A DNA stretch of 32,000 nucleotides from Halomicronema hongdechloris C2206 (GCF_002075285.3 NZ_CP021983.2:1110001-1142000); one strand, 5' to 3'. Counted from the stretch's first letter, positions 1-9,440 are shown. The notes: generated from the letters alone by a model not told the origin. Translations and numbers: made by a program.

Positions 1-516
1 CACAAACTGCTCCCGTTCTCCGGCAATCACCAGCACCTTTTCCAGTTTGAGTTGGATATTGGGGAAGTTTTGCCGAAAGGTCGTGGCATAGGCCCAGTGC
101 ATGGTGGCTTCTTTGCCGTCCAGCAGCCCGGTTTCGGCCAATAGCAAAACCCCTGAGCAGGCTGAACACAGAGTGGCTCCTTGGGCATACATGGCCTTCA
201 ACCAGTCCACGACTTCGGGATAGCGCCCGGTTTGCCACTGCCCTTGAGCCACCATCACTGACGGCACGATGACGATGTCGGTGTGATCGATGTCTACGAT
301 CGCCCGTTCTGCTCGCACTGGCTGGCCACTGGCCGTATCACTGGACAAATGACCGGCCCCTGCAATTTCCACTTGAAAGGGCGAAACCTTCGGTAGCTGG
401 TCATCGTAGGTGCTCAGCATCGAGAACGAATTCAACACATCGTAAATACCGCTCAGGGTCGAGAGCATCGCGTCGGGCAGAGTTAGCAGGCTGATGTGCA
501 GAGGCTGGTTACTCAT
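1..516 (-). CDS. DJ-1/PfpI (class I glutamine-amidotransferase-like) domain protein, probably the N-terminal half of a GlxA/AraC-type regulator; the 3' end runs off the window
   Basis: Absent from the supplied track because it is open at the window edge. Hand translation of the reverse complement from ATG (complement of 514-516) gives MSNQPLHISLLTLPDAMLSTLSGIYDVLNSF...DIVIVPSVM...GATLCSACSGVLLLAETGLLDGKEATMHWAY..., with no stop down to base 1 (172 codons). The nucleophile-elbow-like CSAC/SG-LLLA-GLLDG-ATHW pattern is typical of DJ-1/PfpI-domain GlxA regulators. Confidence 0.55.
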   Translation of the reverse strand, partial: MSNQPLHISLLTLPDAMLSTLSGIYDVLNSFSMLSTYDDQLPKVSPFQVEIAGAGHLSSDTASGQPVRAERAIVDIDHTDIVIVPSVMVAQGQWQTGRYPEVVDWLKAMYAQGATLCSACSGVLLLAETGLLDGKEATMHWAYATTFRQNFPNIQLKLEKVLVIAGEREQFV

Positions 517-621
517 GGGGGCGATTGCTGGCAGAAATGAACCGTTTGTGGCCATTTTGCCTCTCGCGTTCAATCAACTTCTTTTTCAAGCTAACGAGTA
601 GAGACCGTTAAGGAGAATGTC

Positions 622-2001
622 ATGTTAAGCACCTCAACCCTCGAACAATTTGCCGATACTCTGCGGGGTCAGCTGATTCAACCGGAGGATGCTGGCTACA
701 ATGAGGCCCGTACAATTTATAACGCCATGATCGACAAACGGCCTCGATTCATCGCTCAGTGCGCCAATGTTGCCGATGTGATCGCAGCGGTTAAGTTCGG
801 CCAAGCCTACCAGCTTGATACCGCCATTCGAGGGGGCGGTCATAGCGGTCCCGGCTTGGGTATCTGCGATGACGGTTTAGTGATTGATCTCTCCTTCATG
901 CGAGGCATTCGAATCGACCCGGCAACTCGCACTGCACGCGTTGAGGGGGGCTGTCGTTGGGGCGATGTCGATCACGCCACCCATGCCTTTGGCCTCGCTA
1001 CCGTCAGCGGCATCAACTCCAACACGGGTGTTGGCGGCCTCACCTTGGGGGGTGGTCATGGTCATCTCACCCGCAAATACGGCCTCACCATCGATAACTT
1101 ACTAGAAGTCGACATTGTGCTGGCTGACGGTCATTTAGTCACCGCTAATGCCAGCCAGCATCCTGACTTGTTCTGGGCCGTGCGGGGTGGCGGCGGTAAC
1201 TTTGGCGTAATAACTTCGTTTTTGTTCCAGCTCCATCCAGTAAGCACTGTATATGCCGGGCCGACCCTGTGGCCGTTAGATCAGGCAGAAGCGGTAATGA
1301 AGTGGTATCGGGATTTTCTGCCTGCTGCCCCAGAGGATCTGAGCGGCTTTTTCATGTTTTTGCAGGTGCCACCCGCTCCACCCTTTCCAGAGCATCTGCA
1401 TTTCCAAACCATGTGTGGCGTGTTTTGGTGCTATGTCGGGGCTGAAAACCAGCTAAAGAAAGTGTTTGAGCCAGTCCAGGCAGTCGGTTCTCCGGCGTTA
1501 CACGCGATTCATCCCATGCCCTATCCGGCGCTGCAAAGTGCCTTTGATGAACTGTATCCGCCGGGGCACCAGTGGTATTGGAAGGGAGATTTTGTAAAAG
1601 ACCTCAGCGACGACGCGATTGCTCGCCACGTTCAGCATGGTTCCCAGGTACCGACCCTCCGCTCTACTATGCATCTCTACCCCATCGACGGGGCTGCCCA
1701 CAACGTTGGGAAAAACGACACGGCCTTCAGCTATCGTGATGCCACCTGGTCCGAGGTGATTGTTGGTGTCAGTCCTGAACCAGCCCACAATGACCAGCTC
1801 AGGCAGTGGACGCGAGATTACTGGGAAGCGACCCATCCCTATTCCCTGGGCGGTGCCTACGTGAACTTTTTAATGGAAGAAGGGGGCGATCGCATCAAAG
1901 CCACCTACCGAGACAACTACGACCGCCTGGTCGAAATCAAAACCCAATACGATCCGACTAATCTCTTTAGCCGCAATCAAAATATTCAGCCGAGTACCTA
2001 A
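622..2001 (+). CDS. FAD-binding oxidoreductase (PCMH-type FAD_binding_4 domain with a BBE-like C-terminus)
   Basis: 459-aa ORF. Motifs seen: IRGGGHSGPG, GGCRWGDVDHAT, GINSNTGVGGLTLGGGHGHLTRKYG, AVRGGGGNFGVITSF, and a C-terminal YVNF...NYDRLVEIKTQYDPTNLFSRNQNI tail typical of berberine-bridge-like flavoenzymes. A GGAG lies ~7 nt upstream of the ATG. Confidence 0.85.
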   Translation: MLSTSTLEQFADTLRGQLIQPEDAGYNEARTIYNAMIDKRPRFIAQCANVADVIAAVKFGQAYQLDTAIRGGGHSGPGLGICDDGLVIDLSFMRGIRIDPATRTARVEGGCRWGDVDHATHAFGLATVSGINSNTGVGGLTLGGGHGHLTRKYGLTIDNLLEVDIVLADGHLVTANASQHPDLFWAVRGGGGNFGVITSFLFQLHPVSTVYAGPTLWPLDQAEAVMKWYRDFLPAAPEDLSGFFMFLQVPPAPPFPEHLHFQTMCGVFWCYVGAENQLKKVFEPVQAVGSPALHAIHPMPYPALQSAFDELYPPGHQWYWKGDFVKDLSDDAIARHVQHGSQVPTLRSTMHLYPIDGAAHNVGKNDTAFSYRDATWSEVIVGVSPEPAHNDQLRQWTRDYWEATHPYSLGGAYVNFLMEEGGDRIKATYRDNYDRLVEIKTQYDPTNLFSRNQNIQPST

Positions 2002-2046
2002 ACTGTCTTAATCGGCTAGTACGGAAACCCTCTGGAGATTTACATC

Positions 2047-2355
2047 ATGAAACGACATCAGAAACTACTGACCCTGCTCGTTCCCTTAGGATTAATAGGC
2101 GCAATCGCGACAGTTGCGATCGCCCAAGATCCCGCATCGCAGGAAACATTCCCAGTCCAGATGACCACAACGCACGTTGAAACTCATCTCTCCCAGGGAG
2201 ATGTGCAGCCCATTACTGAATCGGCGGCGACTTTATTCACCACCCACCACCAAGGAGCGACCTTCAGCCTCCGCACAGACAATCTGGAAATGAGGCATGC
2301 TTACACCGCTTGGTGGGTGGTCGTCAATAGACCTTATCGGAAATTGAGCCTGTAG
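2047..2355 (+). CDS. Hypothetical secreted protein, possibly 3'-truncated
   Basis: 102-aa ORF with an N-terminal signal-like segment (MKRHQKLLTLLVPLGLIGAIATVAIAQ). It ends abruptly (…HAYTAWWVVVNRPYRKLSL*) 35 nt before a transposase remnant. No recognisable family. Confidence 0.4.
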   Translation: MKRHQKLLTLLVPLGLIGAIATVAIAQDPASQETFPVQMTTTHVETHLSQGDVQPITESAATLFTTHHQGATFSLRTDNLEMRHAYTAWWVVVNRPYRKLSL

Positions 2356-2389
2356 AATCAATAGCAGGTGTGGAGACCAGGGGCATCTG

Positions 2390-2539
2390 ATGAAAATAAC
2401 CTATGCTGAGTTGCGGAGGAAACCTCGGACCTGGAGCAGCTTGACTGGTCTGAGGGTTCAAGCGTTTGAGGCGTTGCTGCCTAGCTTTGCCACCGCCTGG
2501 AACACCTTTCTACCGACGCACTGGGAAAAACTGCAGTAA
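2390..2539 (+). pseudogene. N-terminal remnant of an IS5/Harbinger-like (DDE_Tnp_4 type) transposase
   Basis: Hand-translated 49-codon ORF, below the track cut-off: MKITYAELRRKPRTWSSLTGLRVQAFEALLPSFATAWNTFLPTHWEKLQ*. The pattern L..KP..F.SLTGL....FE.LLP.F...W matches the HTH N-terminus I recall for cyanobacterial DDE_Tnp_4 transposases. No DDE catalytic part follows. Confidence 0.45.
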
Positions 2540-2601
2540 ACTGATGAAGCTGTAGGACGGGGCATGGGTCACTACCCCGTTGGTTGCTGCAAGAGTTGGC
2601 T

Positions 2602-4500
2602 ATGCAATCCCCAATTGAAATCGGCACCATTTTGCAGAATCGCTATCGCCTGATACACGTCCTGGGTCAGGGCGGCTTTGGGCGCACTTACCTGGCCGAA
2701 GATCTGGGTCGCTTCAATGAGCGCTGTGCCCTGAAAGAGTTTGTGCCGCAGCCGGGCGTCGACCATTTCTCAGATAAGGCCACCCAGCTATTTCAGCGGG
2801 AAGCGGCAATTCTCTATCAGATTCAGCATCCCCAGATTCCCCAATTTCGGGCTACCTTCGAGCAGGACCAACGGTTATTTCTGGTGCAAGACTATGTCGA
2901 TGGCACCACCTACCGCGACCTCCTCGATCAACGGCGGCAACAGGGGATGGTGTTTTCTGAGGCGGAGGTGAGGCAGTTCCTGAAGCAGATGCTGCCGGTG
3001 CTGGCTCATATCCATGCCAAGGGCATTATCCATCGCGACATTAGCCCCGATAACATCATCCGGCGTCGCCACGATCAGTTACCGCTGCTGATCGACTTCG
3101 GGGTGGTGAAAGAGGTGGTGACTCGGATTCAATTCGCTGAGCGCCCCACCCAGGCAACCACGGTGGGTAAATTGGGCTATGCCCCCAGTGAGCAAATGCA
3201 ATCGGGCCGGGCCTATCCCAGCAGCGATCTCTATTCGTTGGCAGTCACGGCAGTGGTGCTGCTCACTGGCCGCGAGCCTCAGGACATGTTCGACGATGTC
3301 AACCTGAACTGGACCTGGCAGTCCTATGCCCAAGTCAGTCCTGGATTAGCCCAAGTGCTGAATAAAGCCATGAGTTACCGCCCTGGCGATCGTTACCAGT
3401 CGGTGAGTGAGATGGCTCAGGCCCTAGGAGCGGTGGGGCGGCCGGGTACCGCCCCGGCTGCTAGGTCGGCGCAGCCGCCGGCAACGGCCCCATCCCCTAA
3501 TGTCTCCCACATGAAGACAGTGGCGGTGGGACGGCCCTATGAGCAGACGGCCGTGACCTCTGCAAGAACTCATCAGCATAGTCCCAGGACTCAACCCGCC
3601 GCCGAAGCCGATACCTCTATTTGGGAGAATCCTTGGGCAGTCACTGCCATCGGGCTTGGCTTGGCGCTCATTGCCGGGTTGGGAGGCTGGGCCGTAGTCA
3701 GCACCCTGAATCGCAATCCCCAGCCGGCGGCTACCGATACCCCCAGTCCCACCCTCGATGCCGGGGCTTCCACCACGACACCGAGCCCGACAACATCGCC
3801 GACTGATACAGAGCCGGTGGAGTATAGCCAGCGTCTGGGGCTCTCTAGTGGCGATAGTCGCACTATCCGGGGCTCGCTGCGGGACAATGAGACCATTACC
3901 TATCAGCTGGCGGCAGAGCAAGGTCAGCGCTTAACGGCCCGACTGCAGGGAGAGGGGGTGTTGATGACGGTCTTGGCCCCCAATGGTGAGCCGGCGGATA
4001 ATCAGGCGAGTCGGGTATTGGGATGGCAGGGAGAGTTGGCCTTTTCTGGCCAGTATGGCATCCAGCTGCGTCTGGTGCAGGGCTTGCAGGACAGTGACTA
4101 CAGTCTGCAGGTGAGTCTAGAAGCCCCTGAATCTACACCAGAACCAACTCCCACCCCGACCGCGACCCCGGAGCCAACCCAGGCTCCCCCAGAGGTTCTA
4201 GAGCAACGGGTGCAATTTCCCTCGGGGCAGAGTGGGATGCGTGTGGCCAACAGTGTGGGGCCGCAGCGGGTGCGCCGCTATGTGGTCAATGCCCGGGAAG
4301 GGCAGATTTTGTCGGCGGAGTTATCTGGGGTGAGCGGTCCGGTGACCTTGAATATTCGCCTGCCCGGGGGCCAGTTGGTGGAAGATGCGGCGAAGGTATT
4401 GGCCTGGCAAGGGCAACTGCCCCGCGGCGGTGACTATTTGATTGATGTGGTATCACCAGAGGCAGCTGAGTTTACGCTATCGATTTCGGTGACTGATTGA
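2602..4500 (+). CDS. Hanks-type serine/threonine protein kinase with one TM helix and two repeated C-terminal beta-rich domains
   Basis: Kinase motifs: G-loop GQGGFGRTY, CALKEF (catalytic Lys), HRDISPDN, DFG, GYAPSEQ. These are followed by a Pro/Ala-rich linker, a TM segment WAVTAIGLGLALIAGLGGWAVV, PT-rich linkers and two related ~100-aa domains. ATG 2602 is preferred to the track's TTG at 2584. Confidence 0.9.
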   Translation: MQSPIEIGTILQNRYRLIHVLGQGGFGRTYLAEDLGRFNERCALKEFVPQPGVDHFSDKATQLFQREAAILYQIQHPQIPQFRATFEQDQRLFLVQDYVDGTTYRDLLDQRRQQGMVFSEAEVRQFLKQMLPVLAHIHAKGIIHRDISPDNIIRRRHDQLPLLIDFGVVKEVVTRIQFAERPTQATTVGKLGYAPSEQMQSGRAYPSSDLYSLAVTAVVLLTGREPQDMFDDVNLNWTWQSYAQVSPGLAQVLNKAMSYRPGDRYQSVSEMAQALGAVGRPGTAPAARSAQPPATAPSPNVSHMKTVAVGRPYEQTAVTSARTHQHSPRTQPAAEADTSIWENPWAVTAIGLGLALIAGLGGWAVVSTLNRNPQPAATDTPSPTLDAGASTTTPSPTTSPTDTEPVEYSQRLGLSSGDSRTIRGSLRDNETITYQLAAEQGQRLTARLQGEGVLMTVLAPNGEPADNQASRVLGWQGELAFSGQYGIQLRLVQGLQDSDYSLQVSLEAPESTPEPTPTPTATPEPTQAPPEVLEQRVQFPSGQSGMRVANSVGPQRVRRYVVNAREGQILSAELSGVSGPVTLNIRLPGGQLVEDAAKVLAWQGQLPRGGDYLIDVVSPEAAEFTLSISVTD

Positions 4501-5204
4501 TGCACACCCTGGATAGGGCCTTGCTGATTGCCGGCAGCGATACCGAAGTTGGTAAAACGGTATTGACCACAGCCCTGGCTGCCTACTGGCAGCAGCATCG
4601 ACCCCAGAGGCGTCTCGGTATTTTGAAGTTGGTGCAGGCGGGTGTCGGCGATCGAGAACTATATCAGCAATTATTTGATCTCGATCAGTCGGCGGAAGAA
4701 ATCGCCCCGCAATGGTTCGCAGCCCCCTTGGCACCGCCTTTGGCGGCGGCCCAGGAATGTCGCCAGGTGAATCTGACGGTGGTGTGGCAGGGGCTGCAGC
4801 AGTTGCTGGATAGCCGTGATTGGGTCTTGGTAGAGGCCCTGGGCGGCTTGGGCTCGCCGGTGACAGCGGAATTGACGGTGGCAGATCTGGCGGCGGCGTG
4901 GCATTTGCCGGTGGTGTTGGTGGTGCCGGTGCAACTGGGTGCGATCGCACAGTCCGTCGCCAACGTAGCCCTAGCCCGCCAGAGTCAGCTATCGCTGCAG
5001 GGTATCGTGCTCAACTGCCGACACCCCTGCTCAGAGGCCGACCAACGGGCCTGGGCGCCCATTCCCCTGATTGAATCCCTCACCCAGGTACCGGTGTTGG
5101 GAACGCTACCCTACCTAGATCAGCCTCAACACGTCTCAACCTTGGCCCAAGTAGCAGCTAGCCTTGATCTTGAGGTTTTGTTAACATCCCCCAGACTTCC
5201 GTGA
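4500..5204 (+). CDS. bioD: Dethiobiotin synthetase
   Basis: MHTLDRALLIAGSDTEVGKTVLTTALA (the GxDTxVGKT P-loop characteristic of BioD) and VEALGGLGSPV (the E-G-AGG-type motif); ~234 aa. ATG 4500 overlaps the kinase stop (TGATG). Confidence 0.85.
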   Translation: MHTLDRALLIAGSDTEVGKTVLTTALAAYWQQHRPQRRLGILKLVQAGVGDRELYQQLFDLDQSAEEIAPQWFAAPLAPPLAAAQECRQVNLTVVWQGLQQLLDSRDWVLVEALGGLGSPVTAELTVADLAAAWHLPVVLVVPVQLGAIAQSVANVALARQSQLSLQGIVLNCRHPCSEADQRAWAPIPLIESLTQVPVLGTLPYLDQPQHVSTLAQVAASLDLEVLLTSPRLP

Positions 5205-5619
5205 AGTTACCGTAGGCATAAGATCAGGATCACAACCAAGTGACCAGTAATTTTTAATAATGAAATAACGTGCTGATTGCAGCCGCATTGATTTAGGCAA
5301 GCCTTGGCGGCTGAGCAAACAGGTTGCCCACCGATGAAGACACCCTGCTAACTCCCCCATCCCCGCTCAGCCATCTGTCAACAAGTTAGCGACTCCGGGA
5401 AACTGCCTAGCCAGCTCGCTGGGCAACATTCGGGCAACCTTCACTAGCTTGTCCGCCGAGTCGTCCTGATGAGGTGGCAAAACGATTGTAAGGCGATAGT
5501 AGTCAGGATACATTTCCTAGGCTGTGTGTTATTTGCCTGACTCGACGGCCATCACCTCCCCCCACCTAGGCCTTTCGATCCCTTGACATCCCTTTTTAAG
5601 ACGCGCCTCTTTAAGACAC

Positions 5620-6828
5620 ATGCTCACCACTTTTCCCAAAGCCCCTCCCCCTGAACTGGCAGACGTTCGTCTCACCATTCGCAGTCTGCAGCCTCAGTTG
5701 GTTAGGTGGCGGCGAGCCCTGCACCAACACCCCGAACTGGGGTTCAAAGAAATTAATACGGCCCACCTGATTAGCCAACAGCTTACCCAGTGGGGCATCG
5801 CTCACCAACCAGGGGTGGCCCAAACCGGCATCGTGGCCACCATCCCCGGGCGCCGCCCCGGCCCCGTGCTGGCCATTCGCGCAGACATGGATGCCCTGCC
5901 AATTCAGGAACAAAACCAGGTTCCCTACCGCTCCCAGTGCGATGGTGTTATGCACGCCTGCGGCCATGATGGCCACGTAGCCATCGCCCTAGGCACGGCC
6001 TACTACCTATCCCAGCACCCCGACTTCGCCGGCACCGTCAAGATTCTATTTCAGCCGGCAGAAGAAGGCCCGGGCGGCGCCAAGCCCATGATCGAGGCCG
6101 GAGCCCTAGAAAACCCCAGCGTCGATGCCATCGTCGGGCTGCATCTGTGGAATAACCTTCCCCTTGGCACCATTGGCGTTCGCAACGGGCCGTTGATGGC
6201 CGCCACCGAGTTGTTCCACGGCACGATTCACGGCCAGGGCGGTCATGGGGCCATTCCCCATCAAACCGTTGATTCCATCGTAGTTGGGGCCCAAGTGGTT
6301 AATGCCCTGCAGACCATCGTGGCCCGCAACATCGATCCGCTGAAATCAGCAGTGGTAACCATCGGCGAGTTCCATGCCGGCACTGCCCTCAATGTCATCG
6401 CCGACGAAGCCCGCTTCAGTGGCACCGTGCGCTACTTCGATCGGGCCTACAGCCAGTTTTTCCCAGAGCGGATTGAACAGATCATCGCCGGGGTATGTCA
6501 GAGCCACGGGGCTAGCTATAGCTTCGACTACCAAGCCCTCTATCCCCCTGTGGTCAACGATGTGGCCATGGCTGATTTGGTCCGTTCCGTTGCCCTGTCT
6601 GTCGTTGAAACTCAGGCCGGCGTCGTCCCCGATTGCCAAACCATGGGTGGAGAAGACATGGCCTTCTTCCTAGAGGCCGTACCCGGCTGCTACTTCTTCC
6701 TAGGCTCGGCCAATGAAGACCGGGGCTTTACTTATCCCCATCACCATCCCCGCTTCGACTTCGATGAGTCGGTCCTCTGCATCGGCGTGGAGATGTTTGC
6801 CCGCTGTGTAGAGTCCTTCTGCCGCTAG
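5620..6828 (+). CDS. M20-family amidohydrolase (N-acyl-L-amino-acid amidohydrolase / hippurate hydrolase-like)
   Basis: 402 aa with HQHPELGFKE, ADMDALP, MHACGHDGH, FQPAEEGPGGAKPM, GQGGHGAIPH and MGGEDMAFF, the characteristic motif set of M20D amidohydrolases. Confidence 0.9.
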   Translation: MLTTFPKAPPPELADVRLTIRSLQPQLVRWRRALHQHPELGFKEINTAHLISQQLTQWGIAHQPGVAQTGIVATIPGRRPGPVLAIRADMDALPIQEQNQVPYRSQCDGVMHACGHDGHVAIALGTAYYLSQHPDFAGTVKILFQPAEEGPGGAKPMIEAGALENPSVDAIVGLHLWNNLPLGTIGVRNGPLMAATELFHGTIHGQGGHGAIPHQTVDSIVVGAQVVNALQTIVARNIDPLKSAVVTIGEFHAGTALNVIADEARFSGTVRYFDRAYSQFFPERIEQIIAGVCQSHGASYSFDYQALYPPVVNDVAMADLVRSVALSVVETQAGVVPDCQTMGGEDMAFFLEAVPGCYFFLGSANEDRGFTYPHHHPRFDFDESVLCIGVEMFARCVESFCR

Positions 6829-7303
6829 TGGGACCCCATCCAAGAGGACGTCATGGCAGCCGTCAACCCACCAGGTGTCCCTAGTTTCCGGTCCCATGGC
6901 CACAAGCCAATAATCATCAAGTTGATGTCGCCGTCGCCGCCACCTAAGGCTAGGGTCCCTCTACTGCGGAACCAGCGCCGCTATCGCCCCGAGCATAAAA
7001 ACTGTATTGATCAGGATTGCCCTGTCTGCCTTCCCCATACCTTCCGGGCGGCTAACTCCCCTGGAAAAGCTATAGCCCTATCGGGCATGGCTCCGCTAGT
7101 ACCAACGCCCACGTTCGTTACTCCTTAACCCCTCCGGGGTCGCTACGTGAGCGGAGCCACTGCACGCTTGGCATAGCCGTTCGGCCGAGCTCAGGCTGAG
7201 GCCTGGCTGAAAGCCATACAGGGCAAGCTGCCTTTTGCCTTTTGCTTCTGCCTCAGCGTCCCAGCCTGATAGGCTAAGGAGGTGACTGTAGGGTAAGACG
7301 ACC

Positions 7304-7915
7304 GTGGTCAGCCCAGACTTAGAACTTCCTCGCCTACGCGAACTACTCCCGGCCTCGGGGCGGATGAAAACCCGCATTAAACTGGATGAGCGTCAGTCAC
7401 AGCTGATTGCCACCGATTTCCCTAGGCCCTGGAAGACGCGACATACCATTAGCCTCAACCTTTCTCTCTGGGGCCAGTTGACCATACCTCAGCGGGATAT
7501 GCTGTTTTTGCGCCAGGTCTGCTGGCTGACCTCGGTGAATCTGCTGAAGCCAGATTGGTATCGGGGTCTGGTTGTCCTTGGCGCCCTCGGCACCCTGTTG
7601 CAACTACTGCAGCAGGATGTAGTAGGGGTGGTGGCAGCCGGAGGGTTGACGGCCGTGGCAGGGACCCAGGTATGGCGCCAGGTTCGCGGCAGCCGCGCCG
7701 AGGTGACTGCCGACGAAACCACCCTCCAGGTGGCCCAACGCCGAGGCTACAGCGAAACCGAAGCGGCTCAAGCCCTGCTGCAGGCCATTGAAGCAGGGCC
7801 CCGGTTGGAAGGTCGTCCCAGCCTAACCTTTACGGAACTCCTGCGGTGTCAGCACCTGCGCTCCTTGATCGGGGCATCCCCGGTGCCGGTGCCCGAACAA
7901 GCCTACGATGGCTAA
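7304..7915 (+). CDS. Conserved cyanobacterial hypothetical protein (DUF3318-like by recollection)
   Basis: 203-aa ORF from GTG 7304 (an alternative ATG lies at 7364). The N-terminal LRELLPASGRMKTRI...PRPW...ISLNLSLW..L..PQRDMLFLRQVCWL resembles a conserved cyanobacterial family, so the upstream start is preferred. Function unknown. Confidence 0.55.
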   Translation: MVSPDLELPRLRELLPASGRMKTRIKLDERQSQLIATDFPRPWKTRHTISLNLSLWGQLTIPQRDMLFLRQVCWLTSVNLLKPDWYRGLVVLGALGTLLQLLQQDVVGVVAAGGLTAVAGTQVWRQVRGSRAEVTADETTLQVAQRRGYSETEAAQALLQAIEAGPRLEGRPSLTFTELLRCQHLRSLIGASPVPVPEQAYDG

Positions 7916-7939
7916 GTACCCTTGCAGACCTCAACGGCG

Positions 7940-8791
7940 ATGACGGCTATAAATCAGCCTCAGGCTTGGCTGGGTATCCTGCGGCTGCGCTACGGGCGGC
8001 AGCATCAGCAGACGGTTCCCCTAGAAAGCTATGCCCAGGCTCCCTGGCGGCTGCAACGGCCCCTCTATGCCGATGCCAGCGGCCATTGCCAGAGCGTCTT
8101 GATTCACACCGCCGGCGGCATGGTCGGGGGCGATGCCCTGCAAACCACGGTAGATCTGCAACCTGGTAGTTGCGCCTTGATCACCACCGCCGCCGCCAGC
8201 AAAGTCTATCGCAGCCAAGGAGCTACCGCCACCCAAACCCACCACCTCACCCTGGCCTCAGATACCTGCCTGGAGTGGTTTCCCCAGGAAACCATCCTGT
8301 TTCGCGGCGCCCACTACGCCCAATCCACTCGGGTAGACTTGGCCCCAGGGGCGATCTGGGTGGCCTGGGATCTCACCCGGTTCGGTCGCAGCGCCCGGGG
8401 CGAGGTCTTCGATGCCGGCTCCTGGCGCAGCTGCACCGAAGTCTGGCAAGAAGGACGTCCCCTCTGGCTCGATCGCCAGGTCTTAACCGGGGATCCTGAC
8501 CGGTTCCAGAGCCCCCATGGGCTAGCCGGTTGCTCGGTGGTGGGGAGTTTTGTGGTGCTAGGGGTGCCTGGGACCAGAGACTGGGTTGCCATGGCCCGCA
8601 ACCACTGGCAAGACTTCACTGCTGTAACCGAGGCCGATGCGGGAGTGACCCAGCTGCAAGCGGGGCTCTTGTGCCGCTATCGGGGCCACTCCAGCCAGCA
8701 GGCCCGCCGCTGGTTTAGCCACCTCTGGCAAGCGCTACGACCCCACTATCTGGAGCAACCTGCCTGTCTGCCTAGAGTTTGGTCTTTGTAA
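7940..8791 (+). CDS. ureD: Urease accessory protein UreD
   Basis: ~283 aa from ATG 7940. LRLRYGRQ..., VLIHTAGGMVGGDAL...V.L.PG..ALITTAAASKVYRS and CLEWFPQETILF match the UreD/UreH family pattern. No other ure genes are adjacent, which is common in cyanobacteria. Confidence 0.75.
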   Translation: MTAINQPQAWLGILRLRYGRQHQQTVPLESYAQAPWRLQRPLYADASGHCQSVLIHTAGGMVGGDALQTTVDLQPGSCALITTAAASKVYRSQGATATQTHHLTLASDTCLEWFPQETILFRGAHYAQSTRVDLAPGAIWVAWDLTRFGRSARGEVFDAGSWRSCTEVWQEGRPLWLDRQVLTGDPDRFQSPHGLAGCSVVGSFVVLGVPGTRDWVAMARNHWQDFTAVTEADAGVTQLQAGLLCRYRGHSSQQARRWFSHLWQALRPHYLEQPACLPRVWSL

Positions 8792-9440
8792 ACTTCAGGT
8801 TTCAAGCTTGAGATCCAACTACACACTCTTCAGATCCAATCACAGACCGCTCAGATCTAACAACATAGGCTTAGATCTCGGGTTTCAAGCCTGTGTTACG
8901 ACAACATAGGAGTCAGAGCGATCGCAAGGTAGCTTGCTTCTCGCAGAGTGGAATCTCGATCCAATGCTCCTTAGAGGATATTTGAAAATACAGAGAAGGT
9001 AACCAAGCTCAAGCCAACCTGCATAACATCACGCGAATCATAGTGATGTGGATGAAGGCTTCCTTAGAGAGCAACCAGGACGCTCCATCCGAAAAACCTC
9101 AGCTAAGTAATGGCCATTGTGAGACAGGTCAATAGAGCTTGTTTGGCTCCAACCTGGAAAGGTTGCCTTAAAAAGAAGACTCTCTAGTGTGCCAAGGCAA
9201 ACGTAAAAAGATAGAAAGAGTAATCCTGATAAATGCAGCCTTTCCGCTCCAGTCAATAGAGGCGGTTTTCTGTCGCCGAGCACTGGCTAGGTCAAATAAT
9301 TATTAAAAAAAGCTTTAAATTATGCCTTTGAGATCCTGTCTCTACCTGGTAGCAGGGATTGCGTTTGTGAGCTTATGTAACGGTGTCCATCCTATCTTCA
9401 AATCCCCCCCTCACAATGGTCTACAGGGAATTTCTTCCCC

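Noticed and set aside
3424-4963. Multiple long minus- and plus-strand ORFs (3424-3921, 3591-3896, 4477-4950, 4671-4934, 4685-4963, 4820-5074) overlapping the kinase and bioD.
   Set aside because: They are typical GC-rich shadow frames (Arg/Pro/Gly/Ala-rich translations) overlapping genes with clear catalytic motifs.
6829-7303. 475-nt gap with ORFs 6853-7128 (+) and 7096-7377 (-). I also asked whether GCCACTG at 7156-7162 plus …gaaagccatacagggcaagctgcc marks a cobalamin riboswitch or another ncRNA.
   Set aside because: Neither ORF has family features or a convincing start context. The riboswitch idea rests on one heptamer: the other conserved cobalamin-riboswitch blocks are absent, and the downstream gene is not B12-related. 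I could not recognise RNase P, tmRNA, SRP or 6S signatures. It is left unannotated; a covariance-model scan (Rfam/Infernal) would settle it.
9038-9283. 81-aa minus-strand ORF in the 8.8-9.5 kb spacer.
   Set aside because: No SD, no recognisable motif and an odd composition. It sits in a region otherwise full of short repeats and is probably non-coding.
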